Below are positions 7,276 through 15,384 of a stretch of 39,953 bases of DNA, piece after piece (the first letter of the stretch is position 1; the number at the start of each line of letters is the position of its first letter). The stretch is from a virus: the IMG/VR virus record IMGVR_UViG_3300050516_000005; one strand, given 5' to 3'. The notes below the pieces were generated by a model. It saw only the letters and a list, made by a program, of their open reading frames with translations. It searched no databases and was not told the DNA's origin. The translations under genes and the position numbers were made by a program.

Positions 7276-7527
7276 ATGAGAGGAACGCGTGTGAAAAATC
7301 CTGTTGATTACGTGATTGATGCCTACCGACCGCGCGATTCCCGCACCGGGGCGACAGGGGTAGGTGAGCTGGCGAATGAGCTAGGCGTGTACCCTAAGAC
7401 GATTCGTCGGTGGCGTGAGAAGGGATGGATTCCGGCTGAGCGCCTGGCGGATGTCATGGCGGGGGCTAAGCGGCGGGGGATTCGGCTGGATGTGGCGCGG
7501 TGTGTGCCGTTGGTTAGGAGGGGGTGA
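7276..7527 (+). CDS. Cro/YdaS-like helix-turn-helix DNA-binding protein, first gene of the rightward operon
   Basis: HTH-like segment VGELANELGVYPKTIRRWREKGWIPAERLADV; position next to the operator palindrome. Confidence 0.65.
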   Translation: MRGTRVKNPVDYVIDAYRPRDSRTGATGVGELANELGVYPKTIRRWREKGWIPAERLADVMAGAKRRGIRLDVARCVPLVRRG

Positions 7528-7546
7528 GTATTTGGCCGGAGGATCA

Positions 7547-7729
7547 ATGATGAAATATCCACTTATCGAACGGCGTGAAGTTATGCTAGTTAATCCATAC
7601 ACCGGTCAAGCGAGAGACATTCGCGACGTCAACTCTGATCCATATGGATTCCTTGTGGTCGATCCTTCTAATCATCTTATGGCATGTAAGGGTGACGAAA
7701 ATAGTGTCGAGACTGATAAATATGAATGA
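7547..7729 (+). CDS. Hypothetical small protein (60 aa)
   Basis: ATG 7547 preceded by ccGGAGGatca; the upstream part of the 104-aa track ORF is Gly/Trp/Arg junk overlapping the HTH gene. Confidence 0.55.
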   Translation: MMKYPLIERREVMLVNPYTGQARDIRDVNSDPYGFLVVDPSNHLMACKGDENSVETDKYE

Positions 7730-7979
7730 TCGAAAATGGAACCCGGTCAATACCGCTCCCGTCGATGTGTGGTTATTGGTAAGAGTGGGAGGCGAAGACG
7801 TTCCGGCTATTGCCAAGGCATGGAAATCAGGTATGGATACCGTCGAGCATTGGACTTGGTGTAGCGATCTTAGGTTTGCTCAAACAGAAAGAGGAGGTGT
7901 TTACTGCGTTCTTGAAAACGTTACTCACTGGATGGAATTGCCAGGATTTTTTGATGTTCCACATGGAACCAAGGAGTGA
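7722..7979 (+). CDS. DUF551-like protein (copy 1)
   Basis: KWNPVNTAPVDVWLLV ... VTHWMELPGF matches the DUF551 pattern (W..v....P....vLv ... THWMPLPePP); ATG 7722 overlaps the upstream stop region. Confidence 0.65.
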   Translation: MNDRKWNPVNTAPVDVWLLVRVGGEDVPAIAKAWKSGMDTVEHWTWCSDLRFAQTERGGVYCVLENVTHWMELPGFFDVPHGTKE

Positions 7980-7982
7980 CCA

Positions 7983-9497
7983 TTGGAACTACGCCAATAC
8001 CAATGGCCGATCATCGAATCGCTGCGCAAAGAGTTCAAGCGATATGACAGAATCATCGCGTCATGCCCGACTGGTTTCGGGAAGACGGCTATTGCGTCCT
8101 TCATAGTCAAGGGCCTCGCCGAACGTGGAAAACAAGTCTGGTTCGTGTGCCATAAGTCGTTCCTCCTTGAGCAGGCTAGCGCGAAGCTTAGGGAATGTGG
8201 CGTTCGGCATGGCCTTGTTGCTACGGGACGTCATCCTGATCCTAGGCATAATGTGCTGGTTTGTAGCCTGGGAGTATTGCGCAATCGGATCGATGCGCTA
8301 AAGCCGCCTGACTGGATCATCCTAGATGAGGCACACCATGCCAGCGCGACCACTTGGGCCAAGCTTTTCGAACTGTATCCCAAGGCGAAATTCTTGGGGC
8401 TTACCGCGACCCCGGAGCGCCCGGACGGCACAGGCTTGGACGCTTACTTTGAAACGATTGTCTCCGGGGCTTCCATGGCTGAACTTATCGAATGGAATCG
8501 TGGTCATCCTGGCGAAGGGTTGTGCCCTTTCGAAATCTTCCTCTCTCCAGGATCCGGGGATTTTTCAACCGCCAAGCATAACTCTAAGGGCGAGTTCGAC
8601 CTAAACGACGTCGGCCAGATGATGAACGACCGAAAGATCATGGGCGATGCGGTGGCTGAGTATAAATCGCATGCCATGGGTCGACGGTTTCTGACATTTG
8701 CACCGACGATTGCTGTTTCTGAACGTGTGGCGGAGGCTTATAGGAATGAAGAGATCAGGTGTGTACACCTTGACGGTGCTTCAGATAGAAAAGACATTCG
8801 GTCGGCCCTGCATGATTTTGAACAGGGCAAACTTGACGGGATATCAAGCGTCAACCTTTTTTTGGAAGGCCTCGATGTCAAAGGAGTCGGGGCAATTCAA
8901 CAACTACGCCCTACTGAGTCCATCGTGGTATATCTTCAAAGCTTGGGCCGTGGTCTTCGCTCCGAGATGGGCAAGAGTTCATGCACCATCCTCGACCACG
9001 TTGGCAACGTGGGCGGTTGGAACGGACCTGAGTGGGTGCCAAAGCATGGAAGGCCTGATGATCCACGGGAGTGGTCCCTTGAAGGACGACGTAGGCGTCA
9101 ATCAGAGAAGCCCTTGGCGCTGTGGGAGTGCGGACGGTGCCACACCGCAAATTCAGCGGCCTACGCGATTTGCAAGTCGTGTGGAGAGCCTAAGAAAGTA
9201 AAGGTCAGGAAAGAGATCGAGGTAGACGCGGCGGCTTCGCTGGAACGGCTAGACCTAGAAGCCATCCGATCCGCTCAGAAGAAAGACCAGGCCGCAGCAC
9301 GTACCGTCGATGAAATGGTCGAGAAGTTGAAATACTCACGTGGCCGCGCCGAGCACATCGAAGCGGCACGCAAAGAGAAGGCGTTCAAGCGCGCGTCGGT
9401 CCGCGAACTGGCCGAGAAACGGGGTGACCACTCAGTGCTACGCGAGTACATGCAGTGGAAGCCTAAGCAGTTGGATTCGTATTTGGAGGGTGGGTGA
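7983..9497 (+). CDS. Superfamily-2 DEAD/DEAH-box helicase (type III restriction res-subunit-like) with C-terminal zinc ribbon
   Basis: Motif I CPTGFGKT, motif II LDEAHH, motif III LTATP; C-terminal CGRCHTANSAAYAICKSCG; TTG start after AAGGAG. Confidence 0.85.
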   Translation: MELRQYQWPIIESLRKEFKRYDRIIASCPTGFGKTAIASFIVKGLAERGKQVWFVCHKSFLLEQASAKLRECGVRHGLVATGRHPDPRHNVLVCSLGVLRNRIDALKPPDWIILDEAHHASATTWAKLFELYPKAKFLGLTATPERPDGTGLDAYFETIVSGASMAELIEWNRGHPGEGLCPFEIFLSPGSGDFSTAKHNSKGEFDLNDVGQMMNDRKIMGDAVAEYKSHAMGRRFLTFAPTIAVSERVAEAYRNEEIRCVHLDGASDRKDIRSALHDFEQGKLDGISSVNLFLEGLDVKGVGAIQQLRPTESIVVYLQSLGRGLRSEMGKSSCTILDHVGNVGGWNGPEWVPKHGRPDDPREWSLEGRRRRQSEKPLALWECGRCHTANSAAYAICKSCGEPKKVKVRKEIEVDAAASLERLDLEAIRSAQKKDQAAARTVDEMVEKLKYSRGRAEHIEAARKEKAFKRASVRELAEKRGDHSVLREYMQWKPKQLDSYLEGG

Positions 9498-9760
9498 TGC
9501 GCGTAAAAGTGGTTAGGTTCAAGGATGGAAAATTCGGAGTTAGGCGATGGAGATGGAGGTGGATAAACCCTTCTGGTTTTGAGTACTTAGGCATTGATTC
9601 GGCAAAAAACGGTAATTTTTGGTGGTGGCATACCCCAGATGAACATCGACGCACAGATTCAGAAATTATCGCCATAGCTTTAAAGGATGCATTTTTGAAG
9701 AAATATCTTCTTGAAAAAGAAGAAGAAGAAAAACTGAAAGATTATGGGAGGCCGGTATGA
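9497..9760 (+). CDS. Hypothetical protein (87 aa), low-GC gene
   Basis: TGATG overlap with the helicase stop; Trp/Arg-rich N-terminus, Glu/Lys-rich C-terminus. Confidence 0.55.
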   Translation: MRVKVVRFKDGKFGVRRWRWRWINPSGFEYLGIDSAKNGNFWWWHTPDEHRRTDSEIIAIALKDAFLKKYLLEKEEEEKLKDYGRPV

Positions 9761-9924
9761 GTACACCGATAAAGGTATTTTTGTACGGGACGGGGTTGCT
9801 ATTGGCTATTGCTGGTTGGGCTTGCCTGATCGTTTATGTGCCGCAGCCGTATAGCCTTGCACTTTCCTTCGTCCCGGCCATGGCATGGCTGTACTACACC
9901 GTATGGATGGTGGTTAAAAAATGA
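9757..9924 (+). CDS. Small membrane protein (55 aa, below cutoff)
   Basis: Hand translation MSTPIKVFLYGTGLLLAIAGWACLIVYVPQPYSLALSFVPAMAWLYYTVWMVVKK (two hydrophobic helices); ATGA overlaps at both ends. Confidence 0.55.
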   Translation: MSTPIKVFLYGTGLLLAIAGWACLIVYVPQPYSLALSFVPAMAWLYYTVWMVVKK

Positions 9925-10187
9925 TCTGGCCCCGCCACAACGACTACGCCGTGAAGTCCCAAGACGGTCGATTCTCGATCTGCCGGGTGAATATCGGTGG
10001 GAGGATCGACTACGAACTATGGCTGGTCCGATGTAACACGTTCCTTTCAGCCCGACGAGACGTCAAGAACACCGACGCCTGCCGGTTGACCGCCATTAAC
10101 GAACTTAAGGGTGAGGCCGATGAGTACGTCAAGCGAGAAGAAATCGCTAAGGGACATGCCGACACTGGAACTGTCTCTGCAACTTAA
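9921..10187 (+). CDS. Hypothetical protein (88 aa)
   Basis: ORF coupled by ATGA to the upstream gene. Confidence 0.5.
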   Translation: MIWPRHNDYAVKSQDGRFSICRVNIGGRIDYELWLVRCNTFLSARRDVKNTDACRLTAINELKGEADEYVKREEIAKGHADTGTVSAT

Positions 10188-10284
10188 CACGCTGAAATCC
10201 AGCCTGTCTGTGCTGGACCGAGAGCGGAATCTGTTGATCATTCAAAAGAAGGCGATTCGGGATGAGCTTAAGCGGAGGCGGTAA
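10120..10284 (+). CDS. Possible small coiled-coil protein (54 aa, below cutoff)
   Basis: ATG preceded by GGTGAGG; translation MSTSSEKKSLRDMPTLELSLQLNTLKSSLSVLDRERNLLIIQKKAIRDELKRRR; overlaps both neighbours, so uncertain. Confidence 0.35.
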   Translation: MSTSSEKKSLRDMPTLELSLQLNTLKSSLSVLDRERNLLIIQKKAIRDELKRRR

Positions 10285-10642
10285 GACGGAGGCGCAGATC
10301 CAGGCTGAAATCATGGCGGAGTGCTCCAAAGGTCCTACGCGGCTTTGGCGTACGAACGCTGGTATGGGCTGGGCTGGCCGCTTGGTTTCCAATGTGAGAG
10401 GCACGGTAACGCTCGCCACGGCCAGGCCGCTTCACGGCATGCCAGAGGGATGGCCTGATCTGACAGGGTTCACCGTGACCGATACAGGCACCGTCCCGGT
10501 ATTCGTGGAGGTCAAAGATGCGACGGGACGTGTCAGGCCGGAACAGGTCAAATTCCTTGAGTTCCTACGCTCCATGGGTTGCCGAGCCGGGGTTGCCAGG
10601 TCTGTCGAGGATGCCCGAAAAATAATTGAAAATACCTGTTGA
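10262..10642 (+). CDS. VRR-NUC domain nuclease (PD-(D/E)XK, resolvase-like)
   Basis: GWPDLTGF ... VFVEVKDATGRVRPEQVKFLEFLRSMG ... VARSVEDA fits the VRR-NUC pattern (G.PDl ... EvK ... Q..w). Confidence 0.75.
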   Translation: MSLSGGGKTEAQIQAEIMAECSKGPTRLWRTNAGMGWAGRLVSNVRGTVTLATARPLHGMPEGWPDLTGFTVTDTGTVPVFVEVKDATGRVRPEQVKFLEFLRSMGCRAGVARSVEDARKIIENTC

Positions 10643-10654
10643 CACGCGCCTAAG

Positions 10655-10676
10655 GGTAGGGCAATCTAGCCCTACC
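10655..10676 (+). other. Perfect 8-bp GC-rich hairpin (GGTAGGGC-aatcta-GCCCTACC) just after the VRR-NUC stop; no U-tract
   Basis: Read directly; could be a weak terminator, an RNA-processing site or a protein-binding site. Confidence 0.3.
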
Positions 10677-10698
10677 AACACGCGATGAGGGTGATGTG

Positions 10699-10839
10699 AT
10701 GAATCAGATCGATATGTTCGAAAGGCTTCGCAAGGAAGGCGAGGACTGGGGCGTCGTCAAGGGGATCTTCTGGTGCCTCGGCGTTGAGGTGGTGACGTAC
10801 CTTGGTCTTCAGTTCGTGCTATGGGGGATTGGGGCATGA
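10699..10839 (+). CDS. Small protein with C-terminal hydrophobic helix (46 aa, below cutoff)
   Basis: ATG after GAGGGTG; MNQIDMFERLRKEGEDWGVVKGIFWCLGVEVVTYLGLQFVLWGIGA; ATGA overlap with the next gene. Confidence 0.5.
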   Translation: MNQIDMFERLRKEGEDWGVVKGIFWCLGVEVVTYLGLQFVLWGIGA

Positions 10840-11030
10840 ACAAAAAGGTAGAAGTGATGAGCAGCCAGAACATCAATTTAAGTTTGATGGAAGCCATAGG
10901 CCGCATTGGTGAACTCACCGCTGAGGTAGCGAAGTACAGAAAGGCGCTTGGGTGCATAGCCAACAGCAAGGATATCAACGCATGGCTTGCCGACATTGCC
11001 CGCAACGCCCTCAAGGATTCATCCCCATGA
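10836..11030 (+). CDS. Hypothetical coiled-coil protein (64 aa), paralogue of 12370..12615
   Basis: Shares ELTAEVAKYRKAL ... IARNALKD with ELTAEVARLREAL ... IARNALRE, including a 17-nt identical DNA stretch. Confidence 0.6.
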   Translation: MNKKVEVMSSQNINLSLMEAIGRIGELTAEVAKYRKALGCIANSKDINAWLADIARNALKDSSP

Positions 11031-11257
11031 AAGGCCAACTCTCCCACGACCTCCGCCACCCCGAAGCCGATCCATTCCACAACGGCATCCCGTCCGACAT
11101 CGAGGATCGCGCCAGGGAATACTGGTTCAACCAAGGCGTGGACGATCCGACGCCGGAAGACATCCTTGATGTGTCATATACGATCTACGAGCAGGACGTT
11201 CGTCAAGACCAGAAAGACGATGAATACCTTTACTGGATGGGCCAAAGCGATGTGTGA
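11027..11257 (+). CDS. Hypothetical acidic protein (76 aa)
   Basis: ATGA coupling at 11027; the upstream part of the track ORF overlaps the previous gene. Confidence 0.55.
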   Translation: MKGQLSHDLRHPEADPFHNGIPSDIEDRAREYWFNQGVDDPTPEDILDVSYTIYEQDVRQDQKDDEYLYWMGQSDV

Positions 11258-11462
11258 ACTGACTCTGGAAGCCGCTGGAATACCCTCAGAGAAAGCCGAA
11301 TGGCGTCGCCTGGCAAAAGACTCCCGCCGACTTGCACATCAGTGCCTGAGTTCCGCCAAGGCCATGCGAGACAGCGGTGACTCACTGATGGCGCTGTCCT
11401 ACCTTCGAAACGCACTCCGCGCCCGTCAGTGGGCTAACGATTGGATGAGGGACTCACGATGA
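11250..11462 (+). CDS. Hypothetical protein (70 aa; alternative ATG at 11220)
   Basis: ATGTGTGA overlap with the upstream stop; helical, basic. Confidence 0.5.
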   Translation: MCELTLEAAGIPSEKAEWRRLAKDSRRLAHQCLSSAKAMRDSGDSLMALSYLRNALRARQWANDWMRDSR

Positions 11463-11662
11463 ACCCGTTTCAGCGCGTCATCCCCCACGCCGGATCTTTG
11501 GGCCGTTGCCCACGATGCGGAACGGTATCCCAGCACGTCACACAGCACGAAAGTCATTGGATCGAATGCCGCGACATCGTATCCTGTGGCGTTAGCACCG
11601 AGAAGCACGAATCATTTGATAAGGCCCAGGATGAGTGGGCACTGATGGGAGCCATGGCATGA
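11459..11662 (+). CDS. Zinc-ribbon protein, Lar-like (restriction alleviation family) candidate
   Basis: CPRCG ... IECRDIVSCG ... FDKAQDEWA matches the Lar-family layout (CPxCG, second Cys pair, A..W near the C-terminus). Confidence 0.4.
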   Translation: MNPFQRVIPHAGSLGRCPRCGTVSQHVTQHESHWIECRDIVSCGVSTEKHESFDKAQDEWALMGAMA

Positions 11663-12036
11663 CCACGAATGACACGATGGGCGGGGAGAGGAAGGTGGAT
11701 GTAAGTGACTGGGTTGTCGCTAACCGGGAAGACGGCACGGAGCTTTTTACGCATCGTCTTGTTTGCCATGACGGTTTCAACGTGTCTGTGCAAGCTAGCC
11801 GATGCCATTACTCGACGCCGAGAGAAAATGGCGAACCTCGATATTTCGCCTTTGAGCTTGGTTTCCCTTCGGAAGATATGGGCGCTCTAATCAATGATTA
11901 CGCGGAAGACAAGGATGACACGCTAAATACCGTGTACGGGTATGTGCCTGCCGAACTTGTCCAGTCTGTTTTGGACCTGCACGGCGGTATTAAGGGTCGC
12001 TATGTCGATGAGGACTTGACTGGAGGCACCCCATGA
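11659..12036 (+). CDS. Hypothetical protein (125 aa)
   Basis: ATGA coupling at both ends. Confidence 0.6.
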   Translation: MTTNDTMGGERKVDVSDWVVANREDGTELFTHRLVCHDGFNVSVQASRCHYSTPRENGEPRYFAFELGFPSEDMGALINDYAEDKDDTLNTVYGYVPAELVQSVLDLHGGIKGRYVDEDLTGGTP

Positions 12037-12383
12037 CCACGAACGGCGGGAAGGATGGGTTATTGGAAGACGGCCCGTGGATTTACCGGGCGAAACTTTC
12101 CGGTAGCGAAAACCACAAGGGTTATCTTGTGGGCAAAGACGGGGTGGGTATCGTCGCTGACGTCATGCCTCTGGACGAGGATGGGAAAGGTGGCGAAAAA
12201 GTCGCCCGCCTCATAGCCTCGGCGCCGGATCTGCTTGAGGCGCTGAAGGAGGCGCAGGGATGGGTGGAGGAATACGCCATCCAAATGGGTTCATACACCA
12301 TATCTGACGATGCGAAGAAATCGCTAAAAAAGATCCGAGCCGCCATCGCGCGAGCTGAGGGGATGCCGAATGAAACGCTATGA
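12033..12383 (+). CDS. Hypothetical protein (116 aa)
   Basis: ATGA coupling; no motif recognised. Confidence 0.6.
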   Translation: MTTNGGKDGLLEDGPWIYRAKLSGSENHKGYLVGKDGVGIVADVMPLDEDGKGGEKVARLIASAPDLLEALKEAQGWVEEYAIQMGSYTISDDAKKSLKKIRAAIARAEGMPNETL

Positions 12384-12615
12384 CGTGCACATCGAACGCG
12401 TAGTGCTGGGGACAGGCGTGTCGTATGCCAAGACCGTGGCTCACGAGAATCCGACCGGAACGTACACCACATACGACGAAGCCAACGCCCGCATCGCCGA
12501 ACTCACCGCTGAGGTGGCTAGGCTTCGTGAGGCTCTGGTGGAAATTACTCGCGGACTAAACGCCGATGCTCGCAGTCAAGTCATCGCCCGCAACGCGCTG
12601 AGGGAGGGTGATTGA
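12370..12615 (+). CDS. Hypothetical coiled-coil protein (81 aa), paralogue of 10836..11030
   Basis: See 10836..11030. Confidence 0.6.
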   Translation: MKRYDVHIERVVLGTGVSYAKTVAHENPTGTYTTYDEANARIAELTAEVARLREALVEITRGLNADARSQVIARNALREGD

Positions 12616-12773
12616 TGGAAACCACGCGGACAGTCGTCGCTATCGTAACCATCATCTTCGCCATAGGCTACTTCGTGCTAGAGCACAAGCTCAACAAGCG
12701 TCGCCAGGCTCGTGAGCGGAAGTTCATCGACTGGATGCAGGGTCGAGGGCCTTACCCGGAGGACAAGCCATGA
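12615..12773 (+). CDS. Small membrane protein (52 aa, below cutoff)
   Basis: METTRTVVAIVTIIFAIGYFVLEHKLNKRRQARERKFIDWMQGRGPYPEDKP; TGATG and ATGA overlaps fill the gap exactly. Confidence 0.5.
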   Translation: METTRTVVAIVTIIFAIGYFVLEHKLNKRRQARERKFIDWMQGRGPYPEDKP

Positions 12774-13057
12774 ACGAATCCAAGGTGGTTAGGTATTACA
12801 TTGGCATTAAAGGGCGATTATTCGCTGTAGGCAACACTCTTGCTGAAGTTCCTGATGTGCATTACGTCACCCACGCCGACTACAAGGCGCTTGAGGAAAA
12901 GTACGCAGCGTTGCTCAAGACAGAGCGAGAAGGTTACACGGAATACCATCGGACGCTGGAAGAACTCGCCTCCCTCAAGGCTCGGGTGAGGGAGTTGGTT
13001 GAGGCTTCTCATCCTGTTGCTTTACGAAGGGCGCCCTACGGACGAAGACTTGATTAA
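12770..13057 (+). CDS. Hypothetical coiled-coil protein (95 aa)
   Basis: ORF in the coupled chain. Confidence 0.55.
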   Translation: MNESKVVRYYIGIKGRLFAVGNTLAEVPDVHYVTHADYKALEEKYAALLKTEREGYTEYHRTLEELASLKARVRELVEASHPVALRRAPYGRRLD

Positions 13058-13087
13058 CAGACTTCGCCTTGCCTTGGAGGCTTTGAA

Positions 13088-13342
13088 ATGACCACTCGCT
13101 ATACGCAGGAGCAGTTGCTTGGATGGGCTGGTGCTTTCGATGAAAATCGTCTACCAACTGGTCGTCAATTGAAATTCTTTGCTGATGTACTTCGTCGGGC
13201 GGCGGACGACGCTGAGAAGATCAGCGTGACTCGATTCATATGCCATCTCATCGATCACCACGAAGGGGAAGTGATCACGGAGGAAAAGCTTCAGGCGTTT
13301 CTCGCCGAAGCTATCGACGCAGCCCGCAAGGAGACCACATGA
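13088..13342 (+). CDS. Hypothetical protein (84 aa)
   Basis: ATG preceded by GGAGG. Confidence 0.6.
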   Translation: MTTRYTQEQLLGWAGAFDENRLPTGRQLKFFADVLRRAADDAEKISVTRFICHLIDHHEGEVITEEKLQAFLAEAIDAARKETT

Positions 13343-13415
13343 ACGACCTCGCCACATGCGTTCTTACCTTCACCCTTTTTTTCATGCTGTGCTGGTCGCC
13401 TTGGAGTAATAAATA

Positions 13416-13865
13416 ATGTCAGTAGAAATGACGCTTGAGCAGGCGGCGGAAGATATGCGCTCAAAGATCAACAGTGGCGTCGTCGCCACCTCTTGGAATC
13501 TAGGGACCTATGTAGACGCCATTGACGCCCACCTGGCGAAGGCGGGTGAGCCGTTCGATATCGAGTCGGCAGCAAACGATTTTGCAGATGAGGGATGTGA
13601 AGGAGATTCAGGTACGTGGTATCCAAACAAAGACGCCACATGGTTCCTGACTCAGTTTGTCAACGGTCTACCCGCCCTCTACGCCGCCCCGCCGAGCGCC
13701 GAGCCTGCGCAGCGTGTAGCTTGGTATCTAGACTGCCAAGACCCGGAGACTGGCATCGCCTATCGAACTTTGACTTTCAACAAAGACGATGTGACCAATC
13801 TGCACAAGCCTTTGTGGGACACAGATAATGGCGCCGCGCCCGCTCCGGACAAGGAGCGTGGGTGA
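13416..13865 (+). CDS. Hypothetical acidic protein (149 aa)
   Basis: ORF with coupled downstream gene. Confidence 0.6.
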   Translation: MSVEMTLEQAAEDMRSKINSGVVATSWNLGTYVDAIDAHLAKAGEPFDIESAANDFADEGCEGDSGTWYPNKDATWFLTQFVNGLPALYAAPPSAEPAQRVAWYLDCQDPETGIAYRTLTFNKDDVTNLHKPLWDTDNGAAPAPDKERG

Positions 13866-14083
13866 TGGCCAAATTCAACGTAACAGTTATTTTCGATGCG
13901 TCTCAGACGCACGAGGTTGAGGCAGACACAGCAGAGGAAGCCGCTGAAATGGCTTACGACATTGCTAGTGCGAGTCTGTGCCATCAGTGCTCAAGGGAGC
14001 TTGAAGTCGGCGACCCAATCCGGGCTTACGTTTACAACGAGGATTGCACGGAGTTACTTCACGATGATGGAGACAAGCCATGA
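13865..14083 (+). CDS. Strongly acidic small protein (72 aa)
   Basis: TGATG overlap; hand count 17 Asp/Glu vs 4 Lys/Arg. Confidence 0.55.
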   Translation: MAKFNVTVIFDASQTHEVEADTAEEAAEMAYDIASASLCHQCSRELEVGDPIRAYVYNEDCTELLHDDGDKP

Positions 14084-14343
14084 CCACCACCGATAGCCGC
14101 AAGAGGTTTGAGAAGTGGGCTAACGAAAAGGGTCTTTGGATGTCTAAAGACACGAATGGCGAATACCTTTATGAGGTGACACGTACAGCCTTTGACGCAT
14201 GGAAACAAAGACCCAGGATCGGCATTAGCCGTGAAGAAATAGAGTCACTTTCTATCCATCATTTCAAGATGAATGGCGTGTCTAAATCGTTCGTTGACTG
14301 CTCTGACCTCCGCAACCTCATAAAGGCGAACTCGCATGAGTGA
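14080..14343 (+). CDS. Hypothetical protein (87 aa)
   Basis: ATGA coupling; RFEKWA motif. Confidence 0.55.
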   Translation: MTTTDSRKRFEKWANEKGLWMSKDTNGEYLYEVTRTAFDAWKQRPRIGISREEIESLSIHHFKMNGVSKSFVDCSDLRNLIKANSHE

Positions 14344-14515
14344 ACAACTTCGCATCTACAGTCCGCTACCCGTGATGGTTCGATTGGTCGAGACATGCCC
14401 GTCATGTCGCGGTTACAACCTTGAGAGTCAGTGGTGTGACGTGTGCAAAAGAACGGGTGTCATAGTCAAGGATATGCCGACCGCCTGGAACCGCCGCGCA
14501 GGAGAGACGGGATGA
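14336..14515 (+). CDS. Zinc-ribbon protein, Lar-like (59 aa, below cutoff)
   Basis: Hand translation MSEQLRIYSPLPVMVRLVETCPSCRGYNLESQWCDVCKRTGVIVKDMPTAWNRRAGETG: CPSC + CDVC Cys pairs and the AWNRRA signature typical of Lar-family proteins; ATGA overlap with the next gene. Confidence 0.5.
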   Translation: MSEQLRIYSPLPVMVRLVETCPSCRGYNLESQWCDVCKRTGVIVKDMPTAWNRRAGETG

Positions 14516-14757
14516 GCGAGTGGAAGACGATTGAGAGCGCGCCTAGGGATGGCACTGATGTTTTTGTGTATGTCCCTGGAGACTCGTTGTATCCAACCAC
14601 CGCGCACTACTTAACTAGCGAATACTTCCTAGCCGAGTATGGCGACAAGGACTATATGGAAGAAGGTTGGTATTGGAGTTTTGGATATCCGAGTGACTTT
14701 CATGAATGTGTCATTGAGCCAACCCACTGGATGCCACTACCGGAGCCGCCGAAATGA
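14512..14757 (+). CDS. DUF551-like protein (copy 2)
   Basis: MSEWKTIESAPRDGTDVFVYV ... PTHWMPLPEPPK is the canonical DUF551 ending. Confidence 0.7.
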   Translation: MSEWKTIESAPRDGTDVFVYVPGDSLYPTTAHYLTSEYFLAEYGDKDYMEEGWYWSFGYPSDFHECVIEPTHWMPLPEPPK

Positions 14758-15056
14758 CCCTGCGCGATGATTTGGAGAAGGTGATCGGCGCGGTTAAGCA
14801 GGCTGATACATCGCAGTCCGACTACGACTTCGCCAATGCCGGAGACAAAGCGTTCTATTTGCTACGTGACCACGGACAGGCGCTGTTGGAGGCGGTTAGG
14901 GATGCGGAGAGGTATCGGTGGGGAGTAGATAACGCACGATGGGTCCGGCACGAGCATGAGGCTTATGTGGCTGTACCAGTCGCACTGGACTCCAACCTTT
15001 CGTGTGTCGCGCTTCGCACATCAGCCATCGACGCAGCGATGGAGGGGGAGAGGTGA
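14754..15056 (+). CDS. Hypothetical protein (100 aa) with AERYRW motif
   Basis: ATGA coupling; DAERYRWGVDNARW resembles a motif common in small phage early proteins. Confidence 0.55.
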   Translation: MTLRDDLEKVIGAVKQADTSQSDYDFANAGDKAFYLLRDHGQALLEAVRDAERYRWGVDNARWVRHEHEAYVAVPVALDSNLSCVALRTSAIDAAMEGER

Positions 15057-15253
15057 AGCTGAAGACCGAAATCCACGAAGGCAAGCTTGGCTTCTTCGAC
15101 ATCAATACCGTGTACCACGATGCTGCTTACGCGCATGCGCTGGTGATGGCAGCAAAAGAAATTGAACCCGATGAAGATTATCGTTTCTGCACTATGTGGC
15201 AGAGTGTCCAAGATCGAGCCGACGAACTCATGCGCGAATGGGGCTACTCATGA
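15053..15253 (+). CDS. Hypothetical protein (66 aa, GTG start)
   Basis: GTGA overlap preceded by GGAGGGGGAG. Confidence 0.5.
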   Translation: MKLKTEIHEGKLGFFDINTVYHDAAYAHALVMAAKEIEPDEDYRFCTMWQSVQDRADELMREWGYS

Positions 15254-15384
15254 ACCGCCTCCCCTCCGACTGGCTCATCTACGTCCTCATCTCACCTATA
15301 GCGCCAGCCATGATAGTTGGCTGGTTCATTGGAACACTTATCGGAACGGCAGCACGAATCTATGACAAACACAAAACAGCATGA
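15250..15384 (+). CDS. Small membrane protein (44 aa)
   Basis: MNRLPSDWLIYVLISPIAPAMIVGWFIGTLIGTAARIYDKHKTA; ATGA coupling. Confidence 0.45.
   Translation: MNRLPSDWLIYVLISPIAPAMIVGWFIGTLIGTAARIYDKHKTA

Noticed and set aside
10639-10667. TTGACA at 10639 as a promoter for the downstream early genes
   Set aside because: No acceptable -10 lies at 16-18 nt (caatct). A 7-mer match to the operator half-site GTTGACAC is expected by chance a few times in 80 kb of two-strand sequence.
13339-13417. 25-aa hydrophobic micro-ORF (MNDLATCVLTFTLFFMLCWSPWSNK) coupled by ATGA to 13088..13342
   Set aside because: It is too short, and it does not abut the next gene with an overlap. It is plausible but unsupported, so it is not listed as a feature.
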